DNA of 63,865 nt, filler included, from Candidatus Rokuibacteriota bacterium (GTDB lineage: Bacteria > JAUVQV01 > DATDCY01): NCBI GenBank assembly GCA_031406795.1. It is 6 parts of 6 records of this genome, joined end to end, with 100 filler letters (N's around TTAATTAATTAA, not from the genome) between each part and the next. Parts side by side here need not be neighbours in the genome. Positions count along the whole stretch, not along the records: positions 22,779 to 48,287 come from JANOHV010000181.1; 5 more parts are not named here. The stretch is one strand, 5' to 3'. Positions 35,123 through 44,593 of this stretch are shown piece after piece. A model generated the notes under the pieces. The model was given only the letters and a program-made list of their open reading frames with translations, was not told the DNA's origin and made no database searches. Numbering within the stretch: the first letter of the stretch is position 1; the number at the start of each line of letters is the position of its first letter. A program made the position numbers and the translations under genes.

Positions 35123-36141
35123 GCGCGCGCGGGGCGCTCTCGGCGAACCTCGCCACGCTGGTGTCCCTGCTCGTGATTCCGCACTCCCTTGCGACGGCGC
35201 AGACGCTCAAGGAGCAGAACGAAGCCCTGCTTGAAAAGATTCGGGTGGTGCACAACTTGTCCGAAGTGCAGAGCGCTGCGGTCGGTGAGATTTTTCGTGC
35301 CTCCGGTGCTCTCGGCCAGGGAAACCCGGCCGTGACGAAACACCCGATGAGTCCGTCGGAGTGCGAGAAGAAGGTGGTCGCCTCAGGCGCCCGCCATGAG
35401 AGTGAGGCCTTTGAGAAGATATGCCGGGCAAAATACATGGCCCCCCTCTACAACCCGGCCACAGAAAGACCCGAGAACGCCACTGCCTGCATCGACCGGT
35501 TCGAGTTCCCCGACATCCCCTGCGTCTACCCCGTGGTCTGGGTGCGCGCCCGCGAGGCCGCGCTGATCTGTCAGGCCATGGGCAAACGCATCTGTGACGC
35601 CCATGAATGGGAAGGCGCCTGCGCGGGGGCGCTCCTGCCCCCTGATTATCGCTTCGACCTTGCGCGAGGCGTCCCGCCGAACGCGGCGGTGGAGCGGATG
35701 CGCGCCATCCACAACAGGAACCGCGAAGCCGGCAAGACCTGGGCGTACGGCGAGCGGTATCAGAAAGGCATCTGCGCTTCTTCAAGCACCAAGACCTCCG
35801 GCTGTACCGGAGGAAGCTGGGACGGGTGCGGCTCGAACACGTTTCCTGCGGGGAGTTTTCCTGAATGCCGCAGCGCGCTGGGTGTGTACGACCTCCAGGG
35901 CAATGCGGCGGAACACATGAACCTGCCGTTCAACGAAAGCCAGATGTCGAGCCGCGGCAGCGGCGTACTTGGGTATACGGAGATGAAAGGCAGTTGGTTC
36001 ATCTTCGACACGTACTATGCGCATCCCGACTGGTGCCGCTGGCGGGCGCCGTTCTGGCACGGCAGCCGGGTGATGGACGAGCACAGCCACGAGAACTACC
36101 ATCTCGGTTTTCGTTGCTGCAAGACGATCGAGGGAGAGTAG
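35119..36141 (+). CDS. Exported FGE-sulfatase (SUMF1) fold protein
   Basis: CIDRFEFP, GKRICDAHEWEGAC, GVYDLQGNAAE, GFRCC. Confidence 0.85.
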   Translation: MSARGALSANLATLVSLLVIPHSLATAQTLKEQNEALLEKIRVVHNLSEVQSAAVGEIFRASGALGQGNPAVTKHPMSPSECEKKVVASGARHESEAFEKICRAKYMAPLYNPATERPENATACIDRFEFPDIPCVYPVVWVRAREAALICQAMGKRICDAHEWEGACAGALLPPDYRFDLARGVPPNAAVERMRAIHNRNREAGKTWAYGERYQKGICASSSTKTSGCTGGSWDGCGSNTFPAGSFPECRSALGVYDLQGNAAEHMNLPFNESQMSSRGSGVLGYTEMKGSWFIFDTYYAHPDWCRWRAPFWHGSRVMDEHSHENYHLGFRCCKTIEGE

Positions 36142-36156
36142 CGCAGGCCCGCGGGG

Positions 36157-37143
36157 TCAGTTTCGGGGGGACAAATGCGCGTGCTGAACCGGCTGCCCCT
36201 GCTCACGCATCATGAATCGTCGGGCTGCCGGCATGGCGCCCTCATCGCTCAACAGACTGGAGAGCTTCGGGTCTTCGAGAATGTCGTACAGGGATCGCGG
36301 TTCGCCGTCGATCAGGACGACCTCGCTGACAAGCCTGATTCCGTGGCTGTAGTCCGCATAGTTCGCGCGGTGAATCGTGCTCAGCGGCTGAATGGGCTTT
36401 CCCGAAGGCCGATGCCAGCCGTAGATGGCGATCTTCCCCTGATTTTCGATCAACCGATTGCTGAGCACGACATCTTTCTTGTGGCCGGAAACCAGGGCGC
36501 CGGGGGGACAGCCAAGGGCTTTGAACTGCTCCTTGATCTTCTGGTCGTGCGCAACGTAGTAGCCGGTGGACCGCATCCGGGGGCCGGCGGGAAGCGGTGC
36601 CGGCGCGCAACGGACGTCTGCCTGCTGGAAGATCGCGTCCACGATCTTCCTCGTCGGCAGGGCAAAGCCGAGCCTGGTCGCTGTCTCCTTCGCCGTGTAC
36701 AGGTTCATCGGCACGTGAAGAAAATCGCGATCGGAACCGACCGAGAGATAGTCGGGCATGGCAAACACCGTTGCCGTCACGGTTTTCCCGTCGTCGAACT
36801 TCCGGGTGAGCTGAACGGGCTTCAGTTTCCTCAGGAAATCGGGAATGTTGCCCTGGGTGAGCTGGGTCTCGATGACCTGCTCTCGACCGGGCTCGTCCAG
36901 TTCCGAGACGGAGGCTGCGAACATCGATCCGGTCGGTGCGCAGTCCTGCCTTTGCGGAATCTTGGCAGCCAGATCCGCCAGCAATGTCTGCACATCGGCC
37001 GCTTCTTTGCTCTTTGCGGAGGGAGACCCGAGGCAGAACACCACGCTGCCGAAGAGCAGCAGCACCCAGACTTTCATTCCGCTTCCCTGGTAGGTCATGG
37101 GGAACGTATAACACATCGAATCCGCAGCAGTCATCTTATTCAT
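36157..37143 (-). CDS. Conserved exported hypothetical protein (GHKKDVV type); true start may be further in
   Basis: PDYLSVGSD, GHKKDVV, IYGWH, PIQP, YADYSHGIRL. Confidence 0.75.
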   Translation of the reverse strand: MNKMTAADSMCYTFPMTYQGSGMKVWVLLLFGSVVFCLGSPSAKSKEAADVQTLLADLAAKIPQRQDCAPTGSMFAASVSELDEPGREQVIETQLTQGNIPDFLRKLKPVQLTRKFDDGKTVTATVFAMPDYLSVGSDRDFLHVPMNLYTAKETATRLGFALPTRKIVDAIFQQADVRCAPAPLPAGPRMRSTGYYVAHDQKIKEQFKALGCPPGALVSGHKKDVVLSNRLIENQGKIAIYGWHRPSGKPIQPLSTIHRANYADYSHGIRLVSEVVLIDGEPRSLYDILEDPKLSSLLSDEGAMPAARRFMMREQGQPVQHAHLSPRN

Positions 37144-37193
37144 TCGCGCGACGGCCGCAATTTCCCCTGAGGCAACGCGCGCGGCGCTGGCGG

Positions 37194-38273
37194 TCAGGTC
37201 TCGGGGTCGGTTCCCTTTTCCGTCACTGGCTGATTGCTGTCAAGGGGCACCTCGGGTCCAAGGAGTACCGCAATCCAGTGCGCGCTTTCATTGTTCTCGC
37301 AGGCAAACTTCAAGGTCATGGTCAACGGTATGCACAGAACCATGCCGATCGGACCGAGCAAGCTTCCCCAGAAGACCAACGAGAGAAAGACAACCAGTGT
37401 GGACAGGCCGAGTTTTTGCCCCATGAGCCTCGTTTCGATTACATTGTCGAGAATGAAGTTGACGGCCATGAATCCGGCCGTTGCCAGCACGGCGGGGCCT
37501 ATCCCCAATTGGACAAGAGCAAGAAGCACTGCAGGAACGGCGGCGATTGAGGAGCCGACACTCGGCACGTAGTTGAGCAGAAAGGCCAGGAAGCCCCAGA
37601 GAACGGGAAAATCCACGCCGAGAATGAACAGCCATGCCCCGATCAGAACCCCGGTGGCCAGACTGACGAGGGTCTTGATGACCACGTAACGCTCAATATC
37701 GACGTAGAACCGTGTGAACTCGGGAAATGTTTGGCGAGGATCACCGAGAACAGCGCGGAGCTTGACGGGAAAACTAGAAGCCTCGAACAGGATAAAGGCC
37801 ACGGTGAGCAGGATCAGGAGGAAGTACTTGAACACCGAGCCCAGCTTCGCGAGCAAACGGGGAGTCAGGCTCAACACTTTGTCCGGATTTACGATTTGCA
37901 GCAGGATCTGGTCCATGCCCCGGATGCCTTTGCTCGCGAAATACTCCTGCAATTCCGCGACGTGCGCCTGTATCCGCGTTTGATACGCAGGCAACTCGTT
38001 GTAGAAATTGGTGACGGCCACGGCCGCGATTGCGCCGAGAATCAGCAGGATGGCGACCATGCCGGTCACCACGAGCAGGACCGCGACGATGGAGGGAAAG
38101 CGTTTCCGCTCGAGCCAAAGTACCGGCGGCGTCCCGAGCATGGCGAGGAAGACCGCCATCAGGGAGGACTCCATGGCCGTCCGCGCCTGATAGATGCCCC
38201 CGATGACGAGAACGAGCGCTGCTGCGCTCACGAGGAATCTGATTCCCCGCCGAGAATCAACCGGTTCAATCAC
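37194..38273 (-). CDS. AI-2E family transporter
   Basis: Multi-TM; LNYVPSVGS, WGSLLGPIGMVL..PLT. Confidence 0.9.
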   Translation of the reverse strand: MIEPVDSRRGIRFLVSAAALVLVIGGIYQARTAMESSLMAVFLAMLGTPPVLWLERKRFPSIVAVLLVVTGMVAILLILGAIAAVAVTNFYNELPAYQTRIQAHVAELQEYFASKGIRGMDQILLQIVNPDKVLSLTPRLLAKLGSVFKYFLLILLTVAFILFEASSFPVKLRAVLGDPRQTFPEFTRFYVDIERYVVIKTLVSLATGVLIGAWLFILGVDFPVLWGFLAFLLNYVPSVGSSIAAVPAVLLALVQLGIGPAVLATAGFMAVNFILDNVIETRLMGQKLGLSTLVVFLSLVFWGSLLGPIGMVLCIPLTMTLKFACENNESAHWIAVLLGPEVPLDSNQPVTEKGTDPET

Positions 38274-38457
38274 GGACCAGCCCCTGTTGGATCCTGAAAA
38301 CCCTCGGCCGACGCGGGGAGGCCGGCCAATCGGTCACCTTCTCCGCGACAAGTCAGGAGAAGTCTACCACCGCAGTAACGGAAGCAGGGGCTGCGGACTC
38401 GGACAGCTCCCAGGACTTCAGCCGCCGCCCCATCGGCGCAAGCCGCCCGGCCGACCG

Positions 38458-38769
38458 TTACTTTCGTCGGGCAAGCGTGCCGAGGATGTACCCGAGCCCC
38501 GCTGCGATGGCGACGGCCTGCCACGGATTCTCATGGACATAGACGTCCGTGGCCTTGGCCGCCTCTTTGGCCTTTTCCTCCGCCGCCTGCTCAAGCTCTA
38601 CCACCCAAGTTCTGGCGGCGTCGAGGGAACCCTCCACGCGGGTTCTCACGGCGTTGATCTTCTCACCCTGCTGTGCGGCGGTTGCCTTCAACAGGTCCTC
38701 GGCATCGGCGATGACGACCCTGAGGTCCGCGGCCAGCTTCTCCTTCGACGTAACACGTTTCCTCGGCAT
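38458..38769 (-). CDS. DUF883 (ElaB/YqjD) family
   Basis: DAEDLLKAT...YVHENPWQAVAIAAG. Confidence 0.9.
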   Translation of the reverse strand: MPRKRVTSKEKLAADLRVVIADAEDLLKATAAQQGEKINAVRTRVEGSLDAARTWVVELEQAAEEKAKEAAKATDVYVHENPWQAVAIAAGLGYILGTLARRK

Positions 38770-38795
38770 GTCCCCCTCCTGCTTCGACCAGCATT

Positions 38796-38885
38796 CTACC
38801 TTCTGCGGCCCCAATAATAGCCGCCGCCCCCGCCGAACAGGACGACCAACACCACAATCAGGATGATCAACTCTGTTGAACTCAC
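38796..38885 (-). CDS. 29-aa membrane microprotein
   Basis: [38 protein letters not shown]; paralog at 42673-42759. Confidence 0.75.
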   Translation of the reverse strand: MSSTELIILIVVLVVLFGGGGGYYWGRRR

Positions 38886-39133
38886 GGCTCCGCTCCTTTG
38901 AAGTTGGAGACGACCAATCACCCAACTGGAATATGATCCGAATTCATCGACCCGTCGATAGGGCAAAACCATACCATGGGACCTTTTCCCTCTCCAGGTT
39001 GCGCCACATCTGGGCGTAGCCCGACCTGAGTCGCAGGGCCCTGCGGAAGGGCTCGGCCTTGACTTTGGCCGCTGCGGAACCCAAATTGATCTTGAGACGG
39101 AGAACAAACCCCCAGTAGTGAAAGGAGCGTCCC

Positions 39134-39334
39134 ATGCCAGTCGCGAAAGTCATCGAGTTGATCTCCGAAGGCGCCACGATGGAGGAGGCCGTGTCGAAAG
39201 CGGCCGCGAAGGCCACGAAGACCCTGCGAAATGTCACCGCCGTCAACGTGAAGAACATCAAGGCGCTGGTGGAGAATGGCAAGGTCGTCAGATACCGGGT
39301 GAACACCAAGGTGACCTTCGTCCTCGAGGACTGA
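39134..39334 (+). CDS. Dodecin family protein
   Basis: VAKVIELI...YRVNTKVTF. Confidence 0.9.
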   Translation: MPVAKVIELISEGATMEEAVSKAAAKATKTLRNVTAVNVKNIKALVENGKVVRYRVNTKVTFVLED

Positions 39335-39436
39335 CACCACCCAGGATCGAACTTCCGGCCCGCCATCGGGGAGACTGTCTTCAGTACCTCGGCCGCGGCG
39401 ACCTGAAACATGGGTTCGTGCGCGCTCGCTGCTGGC

Positions 39437-39826
39437 TCAGTCCAGCAGGTCCCGGGGCACGTTGCCGCCGTTGGCGGCGATGCGCGCGAGCACGGTCTTG
39501 TGCAGCCACATGTTCATCTTCGCGGAGTCCCCCATCAGCTCCGCGGGACAGCCCAGCTCCGTGGCCAACTCCTTGCGCGCCGCGAGGCTGCTGTCGATCT
39601 CGAGGAGCTTCAGCAGGTCGACGATGGAGGTACGCCAGTTCAGCTTCTGCGGGTTCGCCGCCGCGCGTTTTTCGAGCTGCGCGACGACGTCGACGAGCGC
39701 GACGGGCGTGGGTGGAGGCGGCGCGACTGGCGCTGCAGGCGGGCCCGCGGGTGCGGCGGAGGGGGGAGGGGCGGCGGCCGCCTTGCCGAGGCCGAGCTTT
39801 TCGAGGATCTTCCCGAAGAATCCCAT
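39437..39826 (-). CDS. DUF3597 domain protein
   Basis: LNWRTSIVDLLKLL..DSSL.ARKELA...DSAKMNMWLHK. Confidence 0.9.
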   Translation of the reverse strand: MGFFGKILEKLGLGKAAAAPPPSAAPAGPPAAPVAPPPPTPVALVDVVAQLEKRAAANPQKLNWRTSIVDLLKLLEIDSSLAARKELATELGCPAELMGDSAKMNMWLHKTVLARIAANGGNVPRDLLD

Positions 39827-40179
39827 GGCGCGCTCCTTGGTGGCTGGTGGCACGGGGCGGCCCTGTCGGATTGACCGGGCGCGGCCTCCGTCGATATGAC
39901 ATAAGCTAGCGACAAACGGGGCGGTGGTCAAGCGGAGGGGGCGCACGCCGCCGCCGCGGGGCGCTCCCGATCTTCCGCGAGATCATGCTCCAGATCTACA
40001 AGGACCGGCTCGTCGGGGAGGCGCCGCGGTTCCCCCGCGAGATCGAGGACGGGATCGACGCGTACCTGGCGCTGCAGGCGGTGCCGGAGGCGATCCGCGT
40101 CGAACGCCAGAGCGGATTCACGACAGCCAACGATTGCTTCTGACGACGGCGAGAATCAACCATCCCCCCGCGTCGTAGG

Positions 40180-40521
40180 TCAACTCCGCCGCTCTGCGCC
40201 CCTCAGCGCCGGAAAACCAAGCGCGAACTGAAGGGCGTTCCCAGCCTCGAGCATGCGGGGCCGAGGCAGGGTTGTAATCAGCGCACCGATCCTGCCCCTG
40301 GAAACCGTCTGAAGGTGATCGAGGTTCACGGCGCACTCGCGGAGCATTCCATCGCCCGGTCCCAGCACGACTTCGGTCGGAATGTCGCGTATGACGGAAG
40401 TCACCGGTGCAACCGTGACTTCTCCGAGGAATTCAAGTGCGGAGTCGCGTGTCAGGATCAGGACCGGGCGACGTTTGTCCGGCGCGTCGAAGCGGTACCA
40501 GCGGACCTCGCCGCGTCTCAT
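40180..40521 (-). CDS. PemK/MazF family toxin
   Basis: MRRGEV...KRRPVLILT...VTVAPVT...VNLDHLQTV. Confidence 0.92.
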   Translation of the reverse strand: MRRGEVRWYRFDAPDKRRPVLILTRDSALEFLGEVTVAPVTSVIRDIPTEVVLGPGDGMLRECAVNLDHLQTVSRGRIGALITTLPRPRMLEAGNALQFALGFPALRGAERRS

Positions 40522-40751
40522 GGCTCACCCCAGACCTGCTCACCCTCCCACGCTGAAAACTCCTTCTCGCCGACCGGCTTGCCTCGATAGCCGTCGCGGT
40601 GCTTGAGTTCCAGTTCCTTCGTCTTGAGCTCTTCGAGGGCGCGTCGCAGTGCGGTTCGCGCGAACGCCGAGCGCGTTGTGCCAAGTCGTTTTGCTGCGCG
40701 GTCCACCGCAGTCACCAGGCTTTCGTCGAGAGTCATCTGAACTGTTTTCAT
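40518..40751 (-). CDS. CopG/RHH antitoxin
   Basis: MKTVQMTLDESL..VD......TRSAF.R.AL; stop overlaps the toxin start. Confidence 0.9.
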   Translation of the reverse strand: MKTVQMTLDESLVTAVDRAAKRLGTTRSAFARTALRRALEELKTKELELKHRDGYRGKPVGEKEFSAWEGEQVWGEP

Positions 40752-40769
40752 CGTCCGCCCTCCATCGTG

Positions 40770-40791
40770 CATAGCTATCCTGATGGCTATG
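40770..40791. promoter_or_regulatory. Putative TA operator inverted repeat
   Basis: CATAGCTATC-CT-GATGGCTATG just upstream of the antitoxin. Confidence 0.5.
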
Positions 40792-40840
40792 ATACTCCAC
40801 ATGACGGATGACAGCAAAGCTGACGTGAAAGAACACCTCC

Positions 40841-41048
40841 GGCGATCACGCACTCGGTCGCAATCATCGCCCTCTTCCTGTTCTTCTTGACTTCCATCAC
40901 GATCACCGCGCCCTCGACGCCGGAGTTGATCACGATCTGACGGATCGGCTCCTCGAGCGCGCGCTTGACGATCGAAACGCCGACCGCCTGGTCGCCTTCG
41001 AGCTTCAGATCGTCGAGATCCGACACGCAGCGCAGCAGCGCCACGCCG
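40841..41048 (-). pseudogene. groEL: groEL remnant C (internal deletion)
   Basis: GVALLRC...GDQAVGVSIVKRALEEPIRQIVINSGVEGAVIV joined to MIATECVIA. Confidence 0.92.
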
Positions 41049-41060
41049 GTCAAGTTCAAC

Positions 41061-41414
41061 CTGATGAGCAGTGTCTCGGTGAATCATCCGGCCGGACGCG
41101 ACCCGCAACGCGGCTAATTCGAGAAGGGGGTCGTGTGGCTGCTCCGCGGTGTGCTGCCGCCTGCGAGGGACAATCAGGAAGCAGCCGACTTTCTCCATGA
41201 CAGCACAGGTACATCGAGTTCGTACGTGCGCTGGGCGGCGGTCCGCCCGGACACACTCCTGGAAGGCGACGTCTCCGAGTACACGCTGCACGAAAACCTC
41301 GTGAGCAGTCTCTACCGTCCGAACAGCACCAACAGGGCGATCATCGCGCACTTCATGCGCGAGATGGTGAGAAGCGAAGTGGCGTTGGATCGTTGGAGCG
41401 GGAGGTCCTGGTAA
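41061..41414 (+). pseudogene. NAD(P)H-binding oxidoreductase C-terminal fragment
   Basis: LMSSVSV, internal stop, WAAVRPDTL, NRAIIAHFM. Confidence 0.6.
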
Positions 41415-41616
41415 TCGTCAACGCCAACGCTCCGAGCAACTGACGTCCGCGAGACCTCACAAAACAACTGCGCAGACGGTCACCCCGGCGGGGATGTTGC
41501 TATTCAGCTTGACCCCCGCCTCGGTTCCGCATAAATTCATTTCATTCACCGCGTCGTCGCCACTCTGGCCTTGGCGCATGGCGCATCTGGACGTCGATTG
41601 CGGGAGGGGTCGTGGC

Positions 41617-42180
41617 ATGAAAAAAATTCTGATGGTATTTGTCGCGGGGCTCGTGCTGCTCTCCGTGGCGGCTAGAGCAGGGGCGGCCGACGATCTCGCG
41701 AAGCGAATGAGCGACCTTCTCGTCACGGCGCCGGCTGCCGGGCACTGGCAGTTCAAAGTGGCCGACGTGTCGAAAATGATCGCCGAGAAGAAGGGCGACT
41801 TCATCGTCGTCGACGTGCGCCCGGAGAAGCCGGGGCAGCAACCGGGGAAGATCGCGGGTTCGATCTACATCCCTTACAGCCAGATTCTCACTGCGGAGAA
41901 TCTCGCCAAACTGCCCAAGGACAAGAAGGTCATCCTCGTCTGCGTGACCGGGCAGACCCAGAATCTCCCCGTACTCGCCCTGCGGACGCTCGGTTACGAC
42001 GCGTACACGATGTCCTTCGGTATGTCATCGTGGATCAAGGGCTACCTCGGCGGCAAACTGATGCAAGATGCGATCGCAGCAGCAGACTACCCGGTCGAGG
42101 CAATCAGCACGGCGCCTGCAGCCCCCGCGCCGACTCCGACCCCGACCAAAGCCCCGGCGTCGGGCGGGTACGGCAACTAG
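41617..42180 (+). CDS. Exported rhodanese-like protein
   Basis: Signal peptide, [24 protein letters not shown]. Confidence 0.88.
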   Translation: MKKILMVFVAGLVLLSVAARAGAADDLAKRMSDLLVTAPAAGHWQFKVADVSKMIAEKKGDFIVVDVRPEKPGQQPGKIAGSIYIPYSQILTAENLAKLPKDKKVILVCVTGQTQNLPVLALRTLGYDAYTMSFGMSSWIKGYLGGKLMQDAIAAADYPVEAISTAPAAPAPTPTPTKAPASGGYGN

Positions 42181-42189
42181 CCGCAGCTG

Positions 42190-42376
42190 GGCCGCCGGGC
42201 AGGCCGCCCATCTTCTTGTCTTCCTCGGGCTTGTCGGCGATCACGCACTCGGTCGTGACCATCAGGCCGGCGATCAACGCCGCGTTCTGCAGTGCTGGCC
42301 GGGTGACCTTGGTCGGGTCGATGATCCCCGTCTCGATCATGTCTATCGCAAGTCGCTCCTGCAGCTTCTCCTTGTC
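42190..42376 (-). pseudogene. groEL: groEL remnant D (internal deletion)
   Basis: [10 protein letters not shown] joined to [46 protein letters not shown]. Confidence 0.93.
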
Positions 42377-42379
42377 GCA

Positions 42380-42660
42380 GCCCCTTGACGGCAGGCTGAC
42401 GATCGAAATCGCCGCCGTCGAGTTCGACGACGCGCACGCCGCGGCACGCGGGACAATCCTGCCCGGAAGGTACGTGGCGCTTCTGCTGACCGACACCGGC
42501 TGCGGCATGGACGCGGCGGCCCTGGAGAAGATCTTCGACCCGTTCTTCACGACCAAGCCGAAGGGCGTGGGCACCGGCCTGGGCCTGGCCACCGTGTACG
42601 GGATCGTCAAGTAGTCCGACGGGCACATCTGGGCCGACTCGGAGCCCGGCGTCGGCACGA
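42380..42660 (+). pseudogene. Histidine kinase HATPase fragment
   Basis: GRLTIE...DTGCGM...[19 protein letters not shown] ; resembles 46480-46750. Confidence 0.85.
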
Positions 42661-42672
42661 AGGACCGGAAGT

Positions 42673-42759
42673 CTACCTTCTGCGACTCCATTAATAACCG
42701 CCACCGCCGCCGAACAGAATGACCAGCACCACGATCAGGATGAGCATCTCAGTCGACAT
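42673..42759 (-). pseudogene. Microprotein paralog with premature stop
   Basis: [27 protein letters not shown]. Confidence 0.75.
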
Positions 42760-42995
42760 GGCACCCTCCTTTTGGTTGCAGACGACCAATATTCCATTTG
42801 AAATGTATGCAGGATTCATCGATCTGTCGACGGGGTGAAAACCCCATTATCCTCTGCGGCGACCCGGGTCAGCCCTCGCCCGCAGGTCCACCCGCTCACC
42901 CTTGACTTTGGCCGTTGCGGAACGGAGAATCAACCTCCGGGGAGAGTCTTCCGAACGGCTCGAGAGAAACAGCGGGGGGCAGGAGGGAGGAATCT

Positions 42996-43856
42996 ATGCC
43001 CGCATATGTCGTGGACAAGCCCGGCAGGAAGATCAGACTCAAGGAGATCTCCGCCGAGCCGCCGAAGGGGATGACCCGGGAGAAGGCGGAGAAGCGCTTC
43101 GTCACTCTCGGCAAGGAGCTCTTCGAACTGCAGGAGGCGATGTACGCCGCGAAGGTGACGAGCGTCCTCGTGGTCCTGCAGGGACGCGACGGCGCCGGGA
43201 AGGACGGCACAATCAAGCACGTTGTGGGTCACCTCAACCCGCGCGGCGTGGCCGTCACGCCCTTCGGGGTCCCGACGCCGGAAGAGCGCGACCACGACTT
43301 TCTCTGGCGCATCCACGGTCACACGCCGCGGCTGGGCGAGTTCGCGATCTTCAACCGCTCGCACTACGAGGACGTGCTGGTGGCGCGCGTCCACGACCTG
43401 GTGCCGCGGTCAACCTGGAAGGAGCGCTATGGCCACATCAGCGACTTCGAGGAGTTGCTGGCCGAGCACGGCGCCGTCGTCCTCAAGTACTTCCTGCACA
43501 TCACGAAAGGCGAGCAGGAACAGCGTCTCCTCGAGCGCGAGAAGTCGTCCGAGACTGCGTGGAAGCTCAACCCCAACGACTGGAAGGAGCGCGACCACTG
43601 GGACGAGTACACCGCGGCCTACGAGGATGCGATCTCCAAGACGGCAGCGAAGCACGCGCCGTGGACGGTCGTGCCGGCGAACGCGAAGTGGTATCGCAAT
43701 CTCGTGGTCGCCGAGTCCATCGTCAACGCGCTCAAGCACCGCCGCAGCGATTGGCAAGAGACACTCGCGGACATGGGGAAAGCGCGCAGGGCCGAGCTCA
43801 GAGCTTACCGCGCGCAGAAGACGGCCGCGAAGGGAGCCAAACGCAAGCGGCGGTGA
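42996..43856 (+). CDS. ppk2: Polyphosphate kinase 2 family (probably class III)
   Basis: QGRDGAGKDG, HDFLWR, FNRSHYEDVL, APWTVVPA. Confidence 0.93.
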   Translation: MPAYVVDKPGRKIRLKEISAEPPKGMTREKAEKRFVTLGKELFELQEAMYAAKVTSVLVVLQGRDGAGKDGTIKHVVGHLNPRGVAVTPFGVPTPEERDHDFLWRIHGHTPRLGEFAIFNRSHYEDVLVARVHDLVPRSTWKERYGHISDFEELLAEHGAVVLKYFLHITKGEQEQRLLEREKSSETAWKLNPNDWKERDHWDEYTAAYEDAISKTAAKHAPWTVVPANAKWYRNLVVAESIVNALKHRRSDWQETLADMGKARRAELRAYRAQKTAAKGAKRKRR

Positions 43857-44593
43857 TTGCAAGCCGTGGCTTTCGCCCCCTCTGTCTTGGCCTGGCGTTC
43901 CTGCTTTTCTGGTGCGGCGGGGCGGCTGCCGCGGAGACCCTCGTGCTCAGCAGCGCGGACATCTTCCCCGGCTCGACGCCGGAGGACGGGGGCTACGAGG
44001 ACCTGATCCTCAAGGCGGCTCTCGCCCGGATGGGGTTCGCCCTGGAGATCGTGCACCTGCCTTCGGAGCGCGCCCTGACAAACGCCAACGAGGGTATCGA
44101 GGACGGCAACTACTCCCGCGTCGCGGGTCTGGAGCGGCTCTACCCGAATCTCGTCAGGGTTCCCGAGGCTATCATGGAGTTCGAATTCGCCGTCTTCGCG
44201 AAGGACCCGACCCCGAAGATCGACGGCTGGCGGAGCCTCGCGGCCTACCACGTGGGGATCGTCACCGGCTGGAAGATCCTCGAGGCCAACGTAGTCGGCA
44301 CGAGATCGCTGACGAAGGTCGGCACGCCGCAGGCGCTCTTCGAGATGCTCGCCTTGGACCGCGTTGACGTGGTGGTCTTCGACCGTGCTCAGGGGCTGGC
44401 CCTCCTCGCCGCCGGGAGACACCGCGAGGGGATTCGGCCCCTGGAGCCCCCCCTCGCGCGCCAGCAGATGTTCCTCTACCTCAACCGCCGTCACGCCGCC
44501 CTCGTGCCGCGGTTGGCGGAGGTCCTGCGCGAGATGAAACACGACGGGACTTTCGGAAGCCTGGTGCGTTCGGTGACCGGGAGCGCGCCCTGA
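43853..44593 (+). CDS. Periplasmic substrate-binding protein (family 3-like)
   Basis: Signal peptide, LPSERAL...G..DG, MLALDRVDV. Confidence 0.82.
   Translation: MIASRGFRPLCLGLAFLLFWCGGAAAAETLVLSSADIFPGSTPEDGGYEDLILKAALARMGFALEIVHLPSERALTNANEGIEDGNYSRVAGLERLYPNLVRVPEAIMEFEFAVFAKDPTPKIDGWRSLAAYHVGIVTGWKILEANVVGTRSLTKVGTPQALFEMLALDRVDVVVFDRAQGLALLAAGRHREGIRPLEPPLARQQMFLYLNRRHAALVPRLAEVLREMKHDGTFGSLVRSVTGSAP

Noticed and set aside
39960-40120. Coding-like fragment MLQIYKDRLVGEAPRF...
   Set aside because: Probably another remnant, but I cannot assign a family.
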